Origin: Paragordius varius
Lineage: Eukaryota > Animalia > Nematomorpha
Assembly (NCBI GenBank): GCA_964247055.1
Contig: OZ176055.1
Coordinates: forward strand, 4,278,001 to 4,342,000
Length of the DNA: 64,000 nt
Reading direction: 5' to 3'
Made by a program: the position numbers and the translations under genes
The notes under the pieces: generated by a model
Databases searched by the model: none
What the model was told of the DNA's origin: nothing
The model's input: the letters and a program-made list of their open reading frames with translations, nothing else
Shown: piece by piece, positions 37,801 to 51,235 of the stretch
Position numbering within the stretch: position 1 is the first letter of the stretch
Layout of the letters: each line of letters begins with the position of its first letter

Positions 37801-37912
37801 ATATATCCAAACGCCTATTGCTCTCTAATATATTAATTAATAGAAACATTGTAGTCTTTCTCAGAATAATTAAAACACAACATATGATTATTTTTTAATT
37901 GTATTTCTATAT

Positions 37913-38713
37913 TAGGGTGACCAGTCCGATTTTTTACCATTTGTCCCGCTCCGCTATCACATAAATTTCAAATTAAACTGATTATTTTGCGCTTTTTTTA
38001 TTCGTACTGCTGATTGAAGAGTCAAATCAAGTCTATTTACGCTTCCCATAGAAAATTATAAAATGTAATATTATTTATATTGCCATAATTTATTTTAGAT
38101 TTTGAACAAAATGAGTACGAAAAGAGGATGTAAACTAACCGTTGATTAAATAAGTGAATTTCATTTTTAAAATAAAAAGGACTACATAGTTAAATGTCAT
38201 ACATGCAACGGCGAATTCAGTATTTTCCACGGCGGAAAAAAATGACAAAGCATTTTGAGACACAGAAAGAGATGTTATACTGCTGCTTCATCTTCCAAAA
38301 TGGAGATTTTTATCAATAAACAACTAATGGAGATGAAGAAAATAATTTCACAATAGCAGAAGGACTTATATCATTTCACGCTGTTAATCATAATTCCTTC
38401 AGATCTATGGATTGTAGATATTAATTTGTCTTTTTGATAATGTTGGCAGTAGGAGTAGGAAGCAAAGTGTATAATCATATGATATTAATTCGAAAAAAAT
38501 AATTTTTAATTTAAAAATAAATTTTTTTATAAAATTAGATTTTAAAGATAACTAATGATAAAAATTTAAACGAATAAAAAAAATAAATTTTTTATAAAAA
38601 ATTTAAATGTATTTATAATTTTTTTTTATATAATCGTGAAAAAGCGGGACATTTCAAAAACGTAGCGGGACGCGGAACAAAGTGTAAAAAAAACGGGACG
38701 TCTGGTCACCTTA
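37913..38713 (+). mobile_element. Internally deleted hAT element carrying the 5' part of a related transposase
   Basis: TIRs TAGGGTGACCAG / CTGGTCACCTTA; subterminal gggac/gtccc repeats; internal AEGLISFHAVNH..FRSMDC homologous to the adjacent relic. Confidence 0.8.
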
Positions 38714-40348
38714 TTATAATAGGATACTTTAATTTCTATTTAAGCACATTTTGTACAGTTTTTTCAAACATTTCATTATTCACCCAGTTTGAATATGTAA
38801 TATTAGCCAAAATTATAAAATTAACAGATCAAAGGTTCCAATTACATCTAAAATCTAAATTATATACATAAAAAGCTACCAAAATATTATTTTTCCAAAT
38901 TTATATGTCAAGTGTGCCCTATACCACACTTGCAATATATTCAAGGTTTTCTTAATCATATGATTTTTTATCACCTCCTGTTCAAGTTTTCTTGCTTAAC
39001 TTAAGTGCCCTAATGTTAATTTTTATCACATGAAAGCAAGCAATGACTTGAAAAACTTGCAAGTAAAGTCAAAAAAGATTTTGTATCACCCCACCCCTTG
39101 TTTAGAATTCTTCATATTTCGTTTTTCAAATAAACGCTAAAGGTTACTTTGTTATTAAAACATGAAGAGTTGATTTCAACATATAATTAGTTCAAATATG
39201 TTAAGAATCATTTTAAAATAATAATATGCTATATTGTATTAACATCTACCAATTATATATTGAACTTCTAACAAAATGAGTAGTATAAAATAATAGACAG
39301 TGTTAGGGGGAATGATATCATTAACTTAAAATTTTAGCTACCGGCTCAATATTTAAAAAAATCTATAATATTAAATAAGATACGTACCACTGAGTTTGAT
39401 TCAATAAATGCATATGGTATGATTGTTTATCCTTTGTGCCTTATTTCATAAATGTTGGCTGAAAATGATCAATATAATTTCCCGAAAAGTGGAATTGGCT
39501 GGTAAAAAAAGTTATCATAAGCAAAAGAGTTGACTTAAGTGTTTATTAATCATCGATCTTCAAGTGTAGACTTGCCGTCTTAAATAAACTTGCTCTTGCT
39601 ACGCTGGACTTAATATTTAGCCTTTATGAAAAATAATTGACCATGATCTCATATTTTTTTGATTTTTCGATATGGAGTAACTACACTAAAATGTAATTAT
39701 TTTTATAACACTCGTAAAGCTCAAAACCAATATCTGAATCATATTACGTTTATCTATCTCAAAAATATATTTTGTCAGGATATTTTTATGTCACTGACTT
39801 TGAATGCCATTGCCTTTTTAGGTAGTTTTATACCCTAGAACGATTTGAAATTAATCTTAAAAAATATTTTAGATGTTAAGCCGAATTGAATAATATTGCT
39901 TTCTTTAGTCTTATATAAATTTTTTTAAAAAAATGTATGATCGTAAAAACATCAGCTCAAACCTTTTCCGCTATTTTTTTCTATAAATTTTTTTAAATCG
40001 CTAAAAATGAGCATATAAATGTAAATTATGGTTAGAATGTAAATAATTAACCTAAAAAGCTTTTAAGCCACATTTTACCATCAACACTAATATTTGTTTA
40101 AATAACCCTTCGTTCAAATCGTGTTTTGGAGCTGTCCCAATTTTATACCCTAGAAGTCATAAACTGTAAAAAAATATGAGGCTATATATGAAAACTGAGT
40201 TTGAAAATTAAATTTTAATTAAAATAACTTTTAACTCTGTAGTTCATAAAAAAATCTAGCTCAGGGATATAAAACTACCCCAAAATAGAAACTAAGACAG
40301 AAAAGTGAAAAAATGAATTTAATAATATTAATTACCATATGTAGCAAG

Positions 40349-40858
40349 TAGGGTTGTGCTGACCAAGTCATGATGACCAGGTCAGTGACTATTTATTTTT
40401 TGACCATGGTCATTTCAGCTGATTTTTGAAAAATTGCTGTGGAAGAAAAATAGTAAGTTATTTTTTAATATATTTTTAAAAAATATATATAATAATTAAA
40501 TTTGCTTATTTAAAAATTTAAAATGTTGAACATGCATCCTTAAAACATTAGCATTTAAGCATATCCAGTTATTTCAAAAAAGAAAACAATCCAATTTTTT
40601 ATAAAATATTCAATTATTCCATATATGTAAACTAATAAAATGAAAAACATTTTATAATTGGATATTTCAATGATCAAAGAAAGTGTATAAGAAACAGGAA
40701 AAATTTTATTTGAAATATCCAGTATTAAAAGCGAGGTATTTGAAAATTCAGAAGTAATTTCATAATCCAATATCGCATGGTATTTACTTAGGTAAATTGG
40801 TCATTCTGACCGGGTCTGACCGGACTTTTTTGAAAAAGCAGTTAAATGCACAACCCTG
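40349..40858. mobile_element. hAT-type MITE
   Basis: TIRs TAGGGTTGTGC / GCACAACCCTG; 8-bp TSD gtagcaag / gttgcaag (7/8); tgacc subterminal repeats. Confidence 0.8.
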
Positions 40859-42089
40859 GTTGCAAGCCATAATAATTAAATAGTGTCCCAATGCGTTTTT
40901 AGCGTTTCTTATCTGAGGAGATTTCCAAAATGTACATTGGATGAAAAGAATAGGATATTTTCTGGAATATCCTTCCACAAACATGCATTTTTGTGGACTA
41001 CTATTTTTAGATAATCTATATTTTTGCATTGGGGTAGTATTTGAGGGGATAATTTAAAAATATTTTTGGGGAACTAAGACAAAAGTTTTCACGTTTGAAA
41101 ACGAGTGGTCATATGGTTTTTCCGAAAATTATGTCAAGACAAACATTGTCCATTTTTATTAATACTGGCTATGATCTGTCATGCGTCTATCTTTGTCGAC
41201 AATTCCTTATTTTTCCTGAAATAAACAGAAAAAGTATAATCAATGAGTAAAATTAAAATTTCAAAAATTTATAACTTTGTGTATATATAATTTTTATTAT
41301 ATATAAGTAATATTAAAACAAATAAAGTTAGACATAAATATTGACGCATATTATATTGATTATCGAGTATTTTTTATGTTACTAATATAAAGGGCTAAAT
41401 GTGGTTGGGTTTACTAAATTGAGGTTTATTTTATATCTCATTCATATTGCGCAAAATTTGCAAATAATATTTAAATTATAGTGGAAGAAAATTTTTTATA
41501 CTTTGACAATTTTTTTATCCTTATATTTGTGAGATGTAGATGTCGTAACGGTCATATCAAGCTAGGTGTGATATCTTGAGAAAATTGCAACTGTCTAGGA
41601 GATTTTAACATAGCGGCCCTAATTAGATGCCAATTAAAAAAAGATATTCACTGTGTGCAAAAAATATTTTTACATGAGATAGCTTATGACCAGTGTATTG
41701 ATTTGCCGTACAAATTTTTATTTGTTTACCACCTAGTTATTGAGAGAAAATCTATATTGGGAAAAAATTGAAAATAAAATTAAGGATAATTCAAAAATAA
41801 TGATAAAAGTTGAGATATTTTGGTTGATTATCATTTTAGGAGATATTTTCTAGATATAAATATCCTAAAATTATATAAATAGTATTTCTATAACAGATCA
41901 AAAGATGGCGTTTTTCATTTAAGACAGTTATATTAAAATAATTTTTTTAATTATTCACTAGCTAAACTCAATATTAACACTTCGATTCAAATTGATGTAT
42001 CTAAATAGCCCAGACTGTATTTAAGTTGATATTTTTAAAAACTACTGAATGAAACGGTCCCAATTTAACATTATGCCTCTATCCTAATT

Positions 42090-43115
42090 TATATATTCAT
42101 TAAAATGGAAAGTGGTGGCTTTGTGATCTGTTACCACCGGTAGACCCATTCAAATGCCAATGTCGAAAAAATATAATCATTAATAAATGCCCCGACAATA
42201 GCTTCGCCCTTTTTTGAATTAGGTCCCCAGTTCGGGCCCACCCCGTGTAAAAAACGGATTTTTTTAAAAACAGTAGTCCACAAAAATCGTGTCTATACAA
42301 TTTTCCTGAAAACGTGTTGGACCATTCGATTTCAAATATGATTTTTCTACTTATTCTCGATTGCGCCGAACATAGTCGGCTCGCTTTTTTAATTTAGGCC
42401 TCTTCCGCTCTCCCAGTAAAATTCCATTTTTTTAAAAATATTAAGTCCACAAAAATAATTTTTTGAATCTATTTTTTGCCCAAAGTATGAGACCGTAAAA
42501 ATTCAATAAGGATTCCAGGTATATCCTGTTAAAAGGCAAAAGTTTTAGTCAGGGGTTTCTTTGATGATAGCTGATCCGCTAAAAACTGACCCGTCACATC
42601 GAAATAGCGTGTCTTTGGGGCTAAGAAAATCTATCAGGCCATAGAGTACAATAGCTGCTTGAAATATTACCCGTAACAAGGCAAGAATTTAAGTAGTGCG
42701 GTTATTTAAATTAGCTGTTAATTAGGCCCATCATGCCCTGAAAATGCGCTATCATTGAACTATTATTTATTTTGAAGCCATTCTTCCAAAAACTAATGAG
42801 AGCATATGGACTCTGGGTAGGGGGCTACCCGCCTAAAACTGCGCCATCATATCAAAATTGCGTTGTTTAGGAAATTTTCAGAAAACTTATCAGGCCATAT
42901 AATTTTATAGGGTCTTGAAATATTACCCGTAACAAGGTAAAATATAGATCGTGCGGTTTTTTTAAATTAGCGGTTAAATAGGCCCTTGCGCCCTAAAATC
43001 GATACAGCATGCCTTTGGAACCAAATTTCAGAAAACCTATGAGACTTTGTAAATTATTTCAAAATTTCGTGCCGCATAATAAAATTGCTTATAAATCAAA
43101 AATATATTATGCTCA
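42090..43115 (+). mobile_element. Non-autonomous Helitron-like element (family B) with internal ~260-bp repeats, 3' end missing
   Basis: Colinear with the copies at 46957, 58162 and 63452; repeated ctatcaggccat...tattacccgtaacaagg units. Confidence 0.6.
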
Positions 43116-43405
43116 TTTCAAATATAATCGTCTATCTCAATATTCAAACGAAAACAATCATCACAAATAACATTGTAGTATCCTGCTTTTTCAATCTCAA
43201 ATGTTGTTTTAAGGAGTAGACAGTTATAAACAGACCATTGATATCATAAGAGTAACGTAGACTAGCAATAGCGAAATAAGAAATAGTTTCATAATTTAAA
43301 AATTATACGCTTTAACCGAGCTTTTCTGAGGTTTTTTTGTAATGATCAATCAGACTTTATTGATTTTAAACATATAATCGTATTAGTTTATTGATTTATT
43401 ATCTA

Positions 43406-43560
43406 CTAGCGTAAATATCGTGTTGTTACGCAGCACGAGGAAGTCCTTCGGACTTCTGGGAGGGGGGGGGCTATTTGAAAAAAGCGATCAATAAAATGCT
43501 CCATATATGTGGATTATTTCGAAACATTATTTAATAGCTATGATCATAAGATTTTCAAAA
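43406..43560 (-). mobile_element. Helitron-like 3' terminus in reverse orientation
   Basis: Reverse complement of 58600-58751, including the gaagtcc-gaa-ggacttc hairpin and CTAG end. Confidence 0.65.
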
Positions 43561-46482
43561 CGGTGCATTAATACTAATATATTGTTTAGTGGTGTAAAGG
43601 CCCAAAATTGACGGCCAACGGAAAAAACCGCTATACTATAATTTTTACCTTTTTTGGGTAATATTTAAAGCCTTTATTGAACTCGTATGGCTTCTTAAGT
43701 TTTTTGAAAATTAGCTCCAAAGTCACGCCATTTTTGTATGGCGTCTCAGTTTTTAACCGATAGACACCTACCCATAGGCCTATATGGAAAAAGCGCTAAG
43801 TTATATTTTTTACTTTTATAGGGAAAATATTTGGAATCATCTTTGTGACCATAGTCTCATGGGTTATTTGAAAAAATACCTTAACACTAAATTATCGTTA
43901 TATGATGGCGTATTAGGGCATAAAGGTCCCAAATTAACGGCTAATAAAAAAGGCCTCACCTTAATTTTTATCTAGTATTAAATATTTTTGAATAAATTTT
44001 TTATTATATTTCGATTCATAAATGTTATATAAGTGCAAACTTTTGCCATGGTTTCGATTCCTTCCATATTTTTCAAAGTATTTATTTTAAACAGGCTTGT
44101 GGTATCTAACTACCCCAATTTGAATCGAAAGATTGAAATGAATGTGTTGTATCCAAGTGTTAAAATCTTAACATTCATATTTATTTCAGAAAAAAAACTT
44201 CTATATCAAAATAAAATCAAAAATATTGTTTCTTATTTTTTCATTTCTCTGTCATATGAGTGTATAAAAAATTTATACTGTTTTATTTTAAGTGGAATAT
44301 ATATAGTGTATGTTTTATGCAAAATAGGATTTAAAAGTAGTGGAAACTGAACCAAATATCCGTACATATCTCATAAAAATATTACTTTGTGTCAAAACAA
44401 ACCTGTTACAGGGATTTATAAGGATTGTGGTTGATACTGCTTTTTAATCCATTTTGCCTAATTTACATACTTTATAATTCCCACTCATGTAAGATTCCAA
44501 AATAAAACAGTATAAATTTTTTATACACCCATAAACCAGATAACAAAAAAATAAAAAAAATAAAAAATAATATTTTTTTAGTTTTATTTTGATATAGAAG
44601 TTTTTTTACTGAAAAAATATGAATGTTAAAATTTTAATAGTGAGTATAGCTAGTAAATAATTAAATAAAATTAATTTAATATAATTTCATAATTTTTTTT
44701 CTGACTATTAATGTGTTAAAAGAAAAACGCCATCTTTTGATCAAGGATTTTATAACCCCATTTATATAATTATAGGCTATTTATATATAGAAAATATATT
44801 TTAAATAATAATCAACCATAATATCTCAATTTTTATCATTATTTTTTGAATTATCCTTAATTTTGCCCAATTTCGATTTTCTCTCAATATTTCAAAAACT
44901 AAGTCGTAAAAAAATTAAAAAAATTTTTGCGGAAAATGAACACACTAGTCATAGTCTATCTCATGAAAAAATTTTGTTAAAAAAATCCTCCTTTTTTGCA
45001 CACAGTGTATTGACAAAAATTATTGCTTGATGGTAGACAAATCACTATGCAGGTATGTCCATAAACTGTGCAACGGTCGTTTTATTTAATCAGGTTTTAT
45101 TTATGTTCTAATTAAATAAGCTTTTAACTATATTTATTTTAAATGATAAATATTGTATCGATATGGTCTCATAGGCTTTCGGGAAGATGATTCAAAGACT
45201 ACATTTTAATAATAACGTAAGATTTAACAAATGGTGGCCCTATATGGGGTCAACATAAAAAGAGCTCAATTTAAATTGTTATTTAAAAATACATCAAAAC
45301 ATCTTTGATTTCATATAATCTCTTAAAACAAAAAATTTATTTTAAGTCATATTATTTTACATGTGATTTAACAGTGATCCTTTAACCACCTGCTTATGCT
45401 AACAGGACTTAACATTTGTTTTTAAGCAAAATAAACATTTATTTAATATTTATTATGGGTGTTTCAAAAATTCGATTTAAAGCCATGTTATTTTACATAG
45501 GATAGAGTCCTGCCCACAAGCCTAAAATTTGCCCTTGTACGGATAGCTCCCTGATTATACTTTATCATGTAATCCGAAAGGCGGCAAAGTCACATTGTTT
45601 TTACATGGTGGTTTATACATAACAGAAGGGAGAGATTAAATCCGTGACAAAAAAAGCGCTTAAGTAAAACATTTGCCTCTATACCGAAAATAATTATAAT
45701 CTTAATTTAATTTTTTTGGCATAGCTGTTTCAAAGATTGATCCAAAGCCACGTTATTATTACATGATGCATGATTTAGATAGTGGAGTTCTACCAGTGTG
45801 TTTTTTATGGCGCTTAATTATTTTTCCACTCGACCAGTGGTATTTTAACTGCGGCGTGCGGCTACATATGGCTCTGAATTATATTTTAATATACTAATTT
45901 AAATTAATATTGCAATGGGCCAAACAATTAAATATTTATCCAACAAAAATATATTTTCTTTCAATTTTTTTCCTATAAACCACTGCTTTATACTAATTGT
46001 TCCGACCGTTATTAAAAATGATAATTTGAGCGATAAATAAGCTTCAAAACCATGTTTTTTGGCAGCGCATTTAGTAGAAAGTAAACCTCGACCCAGTGGC
46101 TGATTTCAGAATTAGCGCTGGGCTAAAATAACCTTCTTATGGTGATATATAAACCACTGTTGAATTTATATAGTTTTAGAACTCAAGGAAATTTGAGACT
46201 TATTTTTTGCAAAAATCTTATTTTATCGGAAAGACTGCTCAATAGGGCTAATATTAAAAGGTAGGCCGACAATATTCGATACATTCGTAACAAAATAATT
46301 ATGGAATAAATCCTTTGTTTTTTCTGAAAAATTTACGAAAATATACGATTTTTTGGGCCAATCGTTCATTTACACGGGATGGATTTTGTGGGAACAGGGT
46401 CAAGAATAAATGGCGCATTTAAAAATAAATATATTTTATTTCTAGGTTGGCTGTAAACCACAAAGTTTTATTCAGGTTATGG

Positions 46483-48557
46483 TAATGTGACCAGATAGGC
46501 TGTTTTTCGCAGTACAGTACTGGGTTTTCAGAAAAAAACTGCGCATGTACTGCGCCCACTTTTGTATTGCCTTTTGAAATTAAAAAAAAATTAATTTTTT
46601 ATAAATATATATATATATATATATATAAATCCTTATTAAAAAATTATCTTACCCTTTGTAAAAATAACCCGGTAAAAAATCTAAGATTGGCTTATTTTTA
46701 ATTGTTTTATTTTTTGCTCGAATTATAAATATAACTTAGGATTGCAGCCTTTCGCTCAGTACTATAAATCTCGGCACACCTTCAGGATAATGGCTCTTTC
46801 ACTCAGGGATTTCGCAAAAAGAGGTGCCTCAAAATTTAAAATTAACAAAATTAATTAGTGATGTTTTAATAAATGTTTGATCAGGTTTAGAAAAGTTCAT
46901 TTTTTGTTATAATTATCAAACGGAAAATTATATAGAAAATTGTTATTTCCCTAATTTCTATATTTAAAAAAATGGAAAATGCTGGCTTTGTGATCTATTT
47001 CCGGAAAACCCATTCAAATCCAAACATCGAAAAAATATCATCATTAATAAATGCCCCGACAATAGCTTCGCCCTATTTTTGAAATAGGCCCCCAGTTTGC
47101 CACCCCGTGTAAAAAGGCAAAAATTTTAGTCAAGCGTTTCTTTGATGATAGCTGCTGAGTAAGGAGCTATCCGCGCAAAACTGACCCGTCATATCTAAAT
47201 CGCGTGCTTCTGGGGCTAAATTTTAGAAAACCTATCAGGACATATGAGTTCAATAGCTGCTTAAAGTATTACCCGTAAAATAAAAATTTTAGTTGAGCGG
47301 ATTTTTTGAATTAGCCGTTAAATAGGCCCTTTACCCCCTAAAAATGCGCTATCATTGAACTATTATTTAGTTTTGAAGCCATTCTTCCATAAACTATTAG
47401 GAATGAACGATGATTCCAGGTAAAAAAAATTTTATCTAACTACATTTTTATATTTGCCTCTGGGTAGGGGGTTACCCGCCTACAACTGCGCCATCATATC
47501 GATACAGCATGCCTTTGGAGCCAAATTTCAGAAAACTTATGAGACTATGTGAATCATTTTAAAACTTCCTGCCGCATAACAAAATTGCTTATAAAATCAA
47601 AAATCCCCCGGCTGCGTAACGAGATTTACGCTAGTATATTATATAAAAATTATTATTTATGGCATATTATTTCGTTATAACCTTTTTTTCGTATAGAAAT
47701 TTTTCACGTTTTCTATACTCATTAGGTGGGAGGTATAATATTTCTTAATTTCTTTCCTAAACTTTAATTTTCTTTAGCTTTCTTATTTTTTTCATAAACG
47801 AATTTGGAGATATTTTTTTGAACCTTTTTCAAACTATTTTGAAGCATGATGGAAACGGTATAACGCTTTAAGATATAATAAAACCCCGATGATGTTGAAC
47901 ATTACTATAGGGTGAGTATTTTTTAAAGCTTGCAAATTTTGGTTTTTGTAATAAAAACACAATTTTTATTTGACATAAATTTGAAAACGAACAAATATTT
48001 TAATCAAAAGTATGAGTGAGAAAAATATATAGCATTGTCGAATTATATATATAAAGTATTTTAACATCTCAAAGGTTTATATCGTTTCCATCATGCTGAT
48101 ATTTAGTTGATATGAAAATTTGGTATATATTCAAAATTATTGCACAATGTGGGAATTTTTGCGTTTATTTTAAGAGCATAGTCCATTTAGAAAGAGCTTA
48201 TAAATTTGGGACTTTCAGAGCCCACATCTAAAAATTAAACTTTTTAAAAATTTGTTTTATTTTAATATGTACTTTATTTTATTTAGTGATATTTTTTAGA
48301 TAGCTTACACCAAAAATATATTTGTGAAAATTGGTACCTTTTGCAATTTTATGCGGAGAACCTACCCTAAAAATGTAAATAACTTTCTTAAATAACTCGT
48401 AAAGGTTAGCACCATGATAATCCTCCTATCAGAATATATATATTTCATCAGGATATTTTTTTGTGGAAACTGTGTAATATACCACACCGATGGTGTAAAA
48501 ATAGGCAATGTATGTTTTAATTTTGTACTGCGTCCAAGAAAATATATGGTCACATTA
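46483..48557 (+). mobile_element. hAT-type non-autonomous element (family D), copy 1, interrupted by a Helitron-like insert
   Basis: TIRs TAATGTGACCAGATA / ATATATGGTCACATTA; colinear with copy 2. Confidence 0.75.
46957..47634 (+). mobile_element. Helitron-like element (family B)
   Basis: 5' TCTATATTTAAAAAAATGG; 3' GCTGCGTAACGAGATTTACGCTAG followed by T; no TSD; absent from family D copy 2. Confidence 0.7.
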
Positions 48558-48998
48558 GGTTCGAGGCAGTACAAGGATTGGCCTGATGTGTGGTATTATA
48601 TAATAAAGATTCCAGATACAATTTAAAAGCACTAGGAATCATTAAACTTAGCGGATATCACAATATTTTTTTATAATTACTAAGCTTAAAATTTCAAACT
48701 TATTGAATCTAATATCAAAACCGTATTAGCTCTAATTGCCTTGTTTGATCCTATACTATCGATTGTAATAAAATTTATAAATATTTAAGGATGGTATTTA
48801 GCATCCTAAAAAATATGTAAGGTTTCCTTTAATAAATTTTTTATTCACTTAAAAACAAGTGTTTCCTTAAAAATCTAATGTTAATTTTTTTAGGGTTTCC
48901 TTAGCTTTTTATTCAATCCAAATTGTCTCTTAAAAAGCTAAGGAAACAGGGTTTCCTTTTTTTATTCACTCCACCCAAATTATCACAAACCTGTATAT

Positions 48999-50322
48999 TA
49001 ATGTGACTAGATAGGCTGTTTTTCGCAGTACAGTACTGGATTTTCAGAAAAAAACTGCGACTGTACTGCGCCAAATTTTGTACTGCTTTTTGAATTTAAA
49101 AAAAATAATATGATTATATATTGATTACCTTCTGTTAATTAAAAAAAATTATTTTAGAATTTGATATAGTACCCTCTGAATTACCCCATAATTTTTAGTT
49201 TCTTTTGCGGTAAAAAACTAAGATTGGCTTATTTTTAATTGGTTAATATTTATTTTCTGCTCGAATTATACATAAAATTGGATTTTGGATCGGTCAACCG
49301 ATTATGATTGCAGCCTTTCGCCTAATGGCGAACTATAAATCTCGGACTTTCCCGTAAGATTCAGGCTAATGGCTCTTTCACTCAGGGCTTCCGCAAAAAG
49401 AGATGCCTCAAAATTTAAAGTTAACAAAATTAATTTTAGATATTTTATATAATGTTGGATTAAGTTTAGAAAGTTCATTTTTGCTATAATTATACGGAAA
49501 ATTATATGGAGAATTGTTATTCTCGTAACTATTATTTAATTACTATAAATGGCATATGATTTCGAAAAAACCTTTTTTGGTAAAAAAAGTGTTACGTTTT
49601 TTATACTCATTAGGTGGGAGGTTTGATAATACTAATTTTTTTCCCTAATTGATTTTCATTAGTGTTCTTATTTTTTGCATAAACAAATTTGAGATATTTT
49701 AAGGCTTACTTCTAACGATTTTGAAGCATGATGGAAACGGTTTAACGCTTTAAGATATAATAAAATTCTTTTTCTAAATTGATGTTGAACAATCACAATT
49801 ATAGTTTCAAGGTTTGTTTGCTTGCAAATTTTGGTGAATTTTTGTAAAAAAACACAATTTACATAAAATGAATATTTTAACCTTCTGATTGAGAAATTAG
49901 TATTATCGAATTATATGTAGTTATAACATCTCAACCGTTTATATCGTTTCCATCATGCTCAAAGCTTCCACAAAATCATGCTAAAAATGAAATTTTTGAA
50001 TGTGTGCATTTTAAAAAAAAATATATTTAGTGGTCAATTAGCACATATTTAAAATTATTGCACAATGTCGGAATTTCGCGTTTATTTTAATTAAACAGTC
50101 CATTTTGAAAGGGCCAAAAAATTGGGACTTTCAGAGCCTACATCTAAAAATTTAACCCAAAAGCATTATGATCATCCTGATATTTTCCTATCAGAATATA
50201 TATATTTTATCTGGATATTTTTTTGTGGAAACTGTGAAATATACCACACCGATGGTGTAAATACAGGCAAAGTATGTTTTAATTTTGTACTGCGTTAGAG
50301 TTCAATATATCTGGTCACATTA
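48999..50322 (+). mobile_element. hAT-type non-autonomous element (family D), copy 2
   Basis: TIRs TAATGTGACTAGATA / TATCTGGTCACATTA; perfect 8-bp TSD CTGTATAT. Confidence 0.85.
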
Positions 50323-50683
50323 CTGTATATATTTACCTATGTTTTTTTAATTAGTAATAACACCTATATAAAATAAGAAAAATACCAATTTTGCATAATA
50401 CAGGTATTTATCATGTTGAAAAATATTAATTATTAAATTTAATTAGGAATAATTGACATAAATAACTATTTTACTACTTATTAATTTATTAAAAAATTCC
50501 ACAAAATTCCGCATCTAAATACGTATCAACAATAAATTCAAATGTTAATATAAAAATTTCTATAATATTTTCAAAATTAACATTAAAAAATATCCATCAA
50601 ATTAAGCCTATGTTAATTCTCACGTCCATCCTCTACGAAATAATTTTGTGTAGCAGTGTTTCACGCATTTGATAAACCATTTA

Positions 50684-50862
50684 CAGTAGCGTATGCAGTA
50701 AAAGATTGTTAGTGCAAAATAATCTTAATGAACACAAAACAGGGGGACAATTTTCATATATTAATTATCATTTAGTATTTATAAACATATCCATAATATC
50801 CCCCTGTTTTGTGTTCATTAAGATTATTTTGCACTAACAATCTTTTACTGCATACGCTACTG
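50684..50862. mobile_element. Young Tc1/mariner-type MITE, 179 bp
   Basis: Perfect 64-bp TIRs beginning CAGTAGCGTATGCAG; TA on both sides. Confidence 0.85.
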
Positions 50863-51235
50863 TATTGACTGGCAATAAAATTAAACACATGTACATCAAA
50901 ATGCATACTGTAATTTTGGCCCATCTGCTCCCTATAAATATTATCTAAATTTGCGCATTGATCTATCTAATTTGCATTTTTACACAATAAGGCTACTGGT
51001 TTTTACAAAGGATGGGAATTTCCCATATAAACTTAATGAGGGCATATGTTCAAATTTCCAGATACAATATAATCATAATTTTGTAAATAGGGATGTACCA
51101 TCTGCCTTTTTATACACAGAAGAAAATAAAAGCACTTGAAATTATCAGTCATTGCTAGTATAAATACGGAGGTTGTACTTTTGCTATTGCACATTTTTTA
51201 TTTTTATCTTTATTATATATTTTTCTCGTTTTAAA

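Larger units (their letters stand above)
41978..44159 (-). mobile_element. piggyBac-like MITE (family A), copy 4, inserted in family C and itself interrupted
   Basis: TTAA at 41974-77 and 44160-63; ends match family A; the middle is replaced by Helitron-family sequence. Confidence 0.7.
41649..45007. mobile_element. Family C TIR element, copy 2, expanded by nested insertions
   Basis: Termini CACTGTGTGCAAAAAA / TTTTTTGCACACAGTG; colinear with 1481-2665 on both sides of the 41978-44159 insert. Confidence 0.75.
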
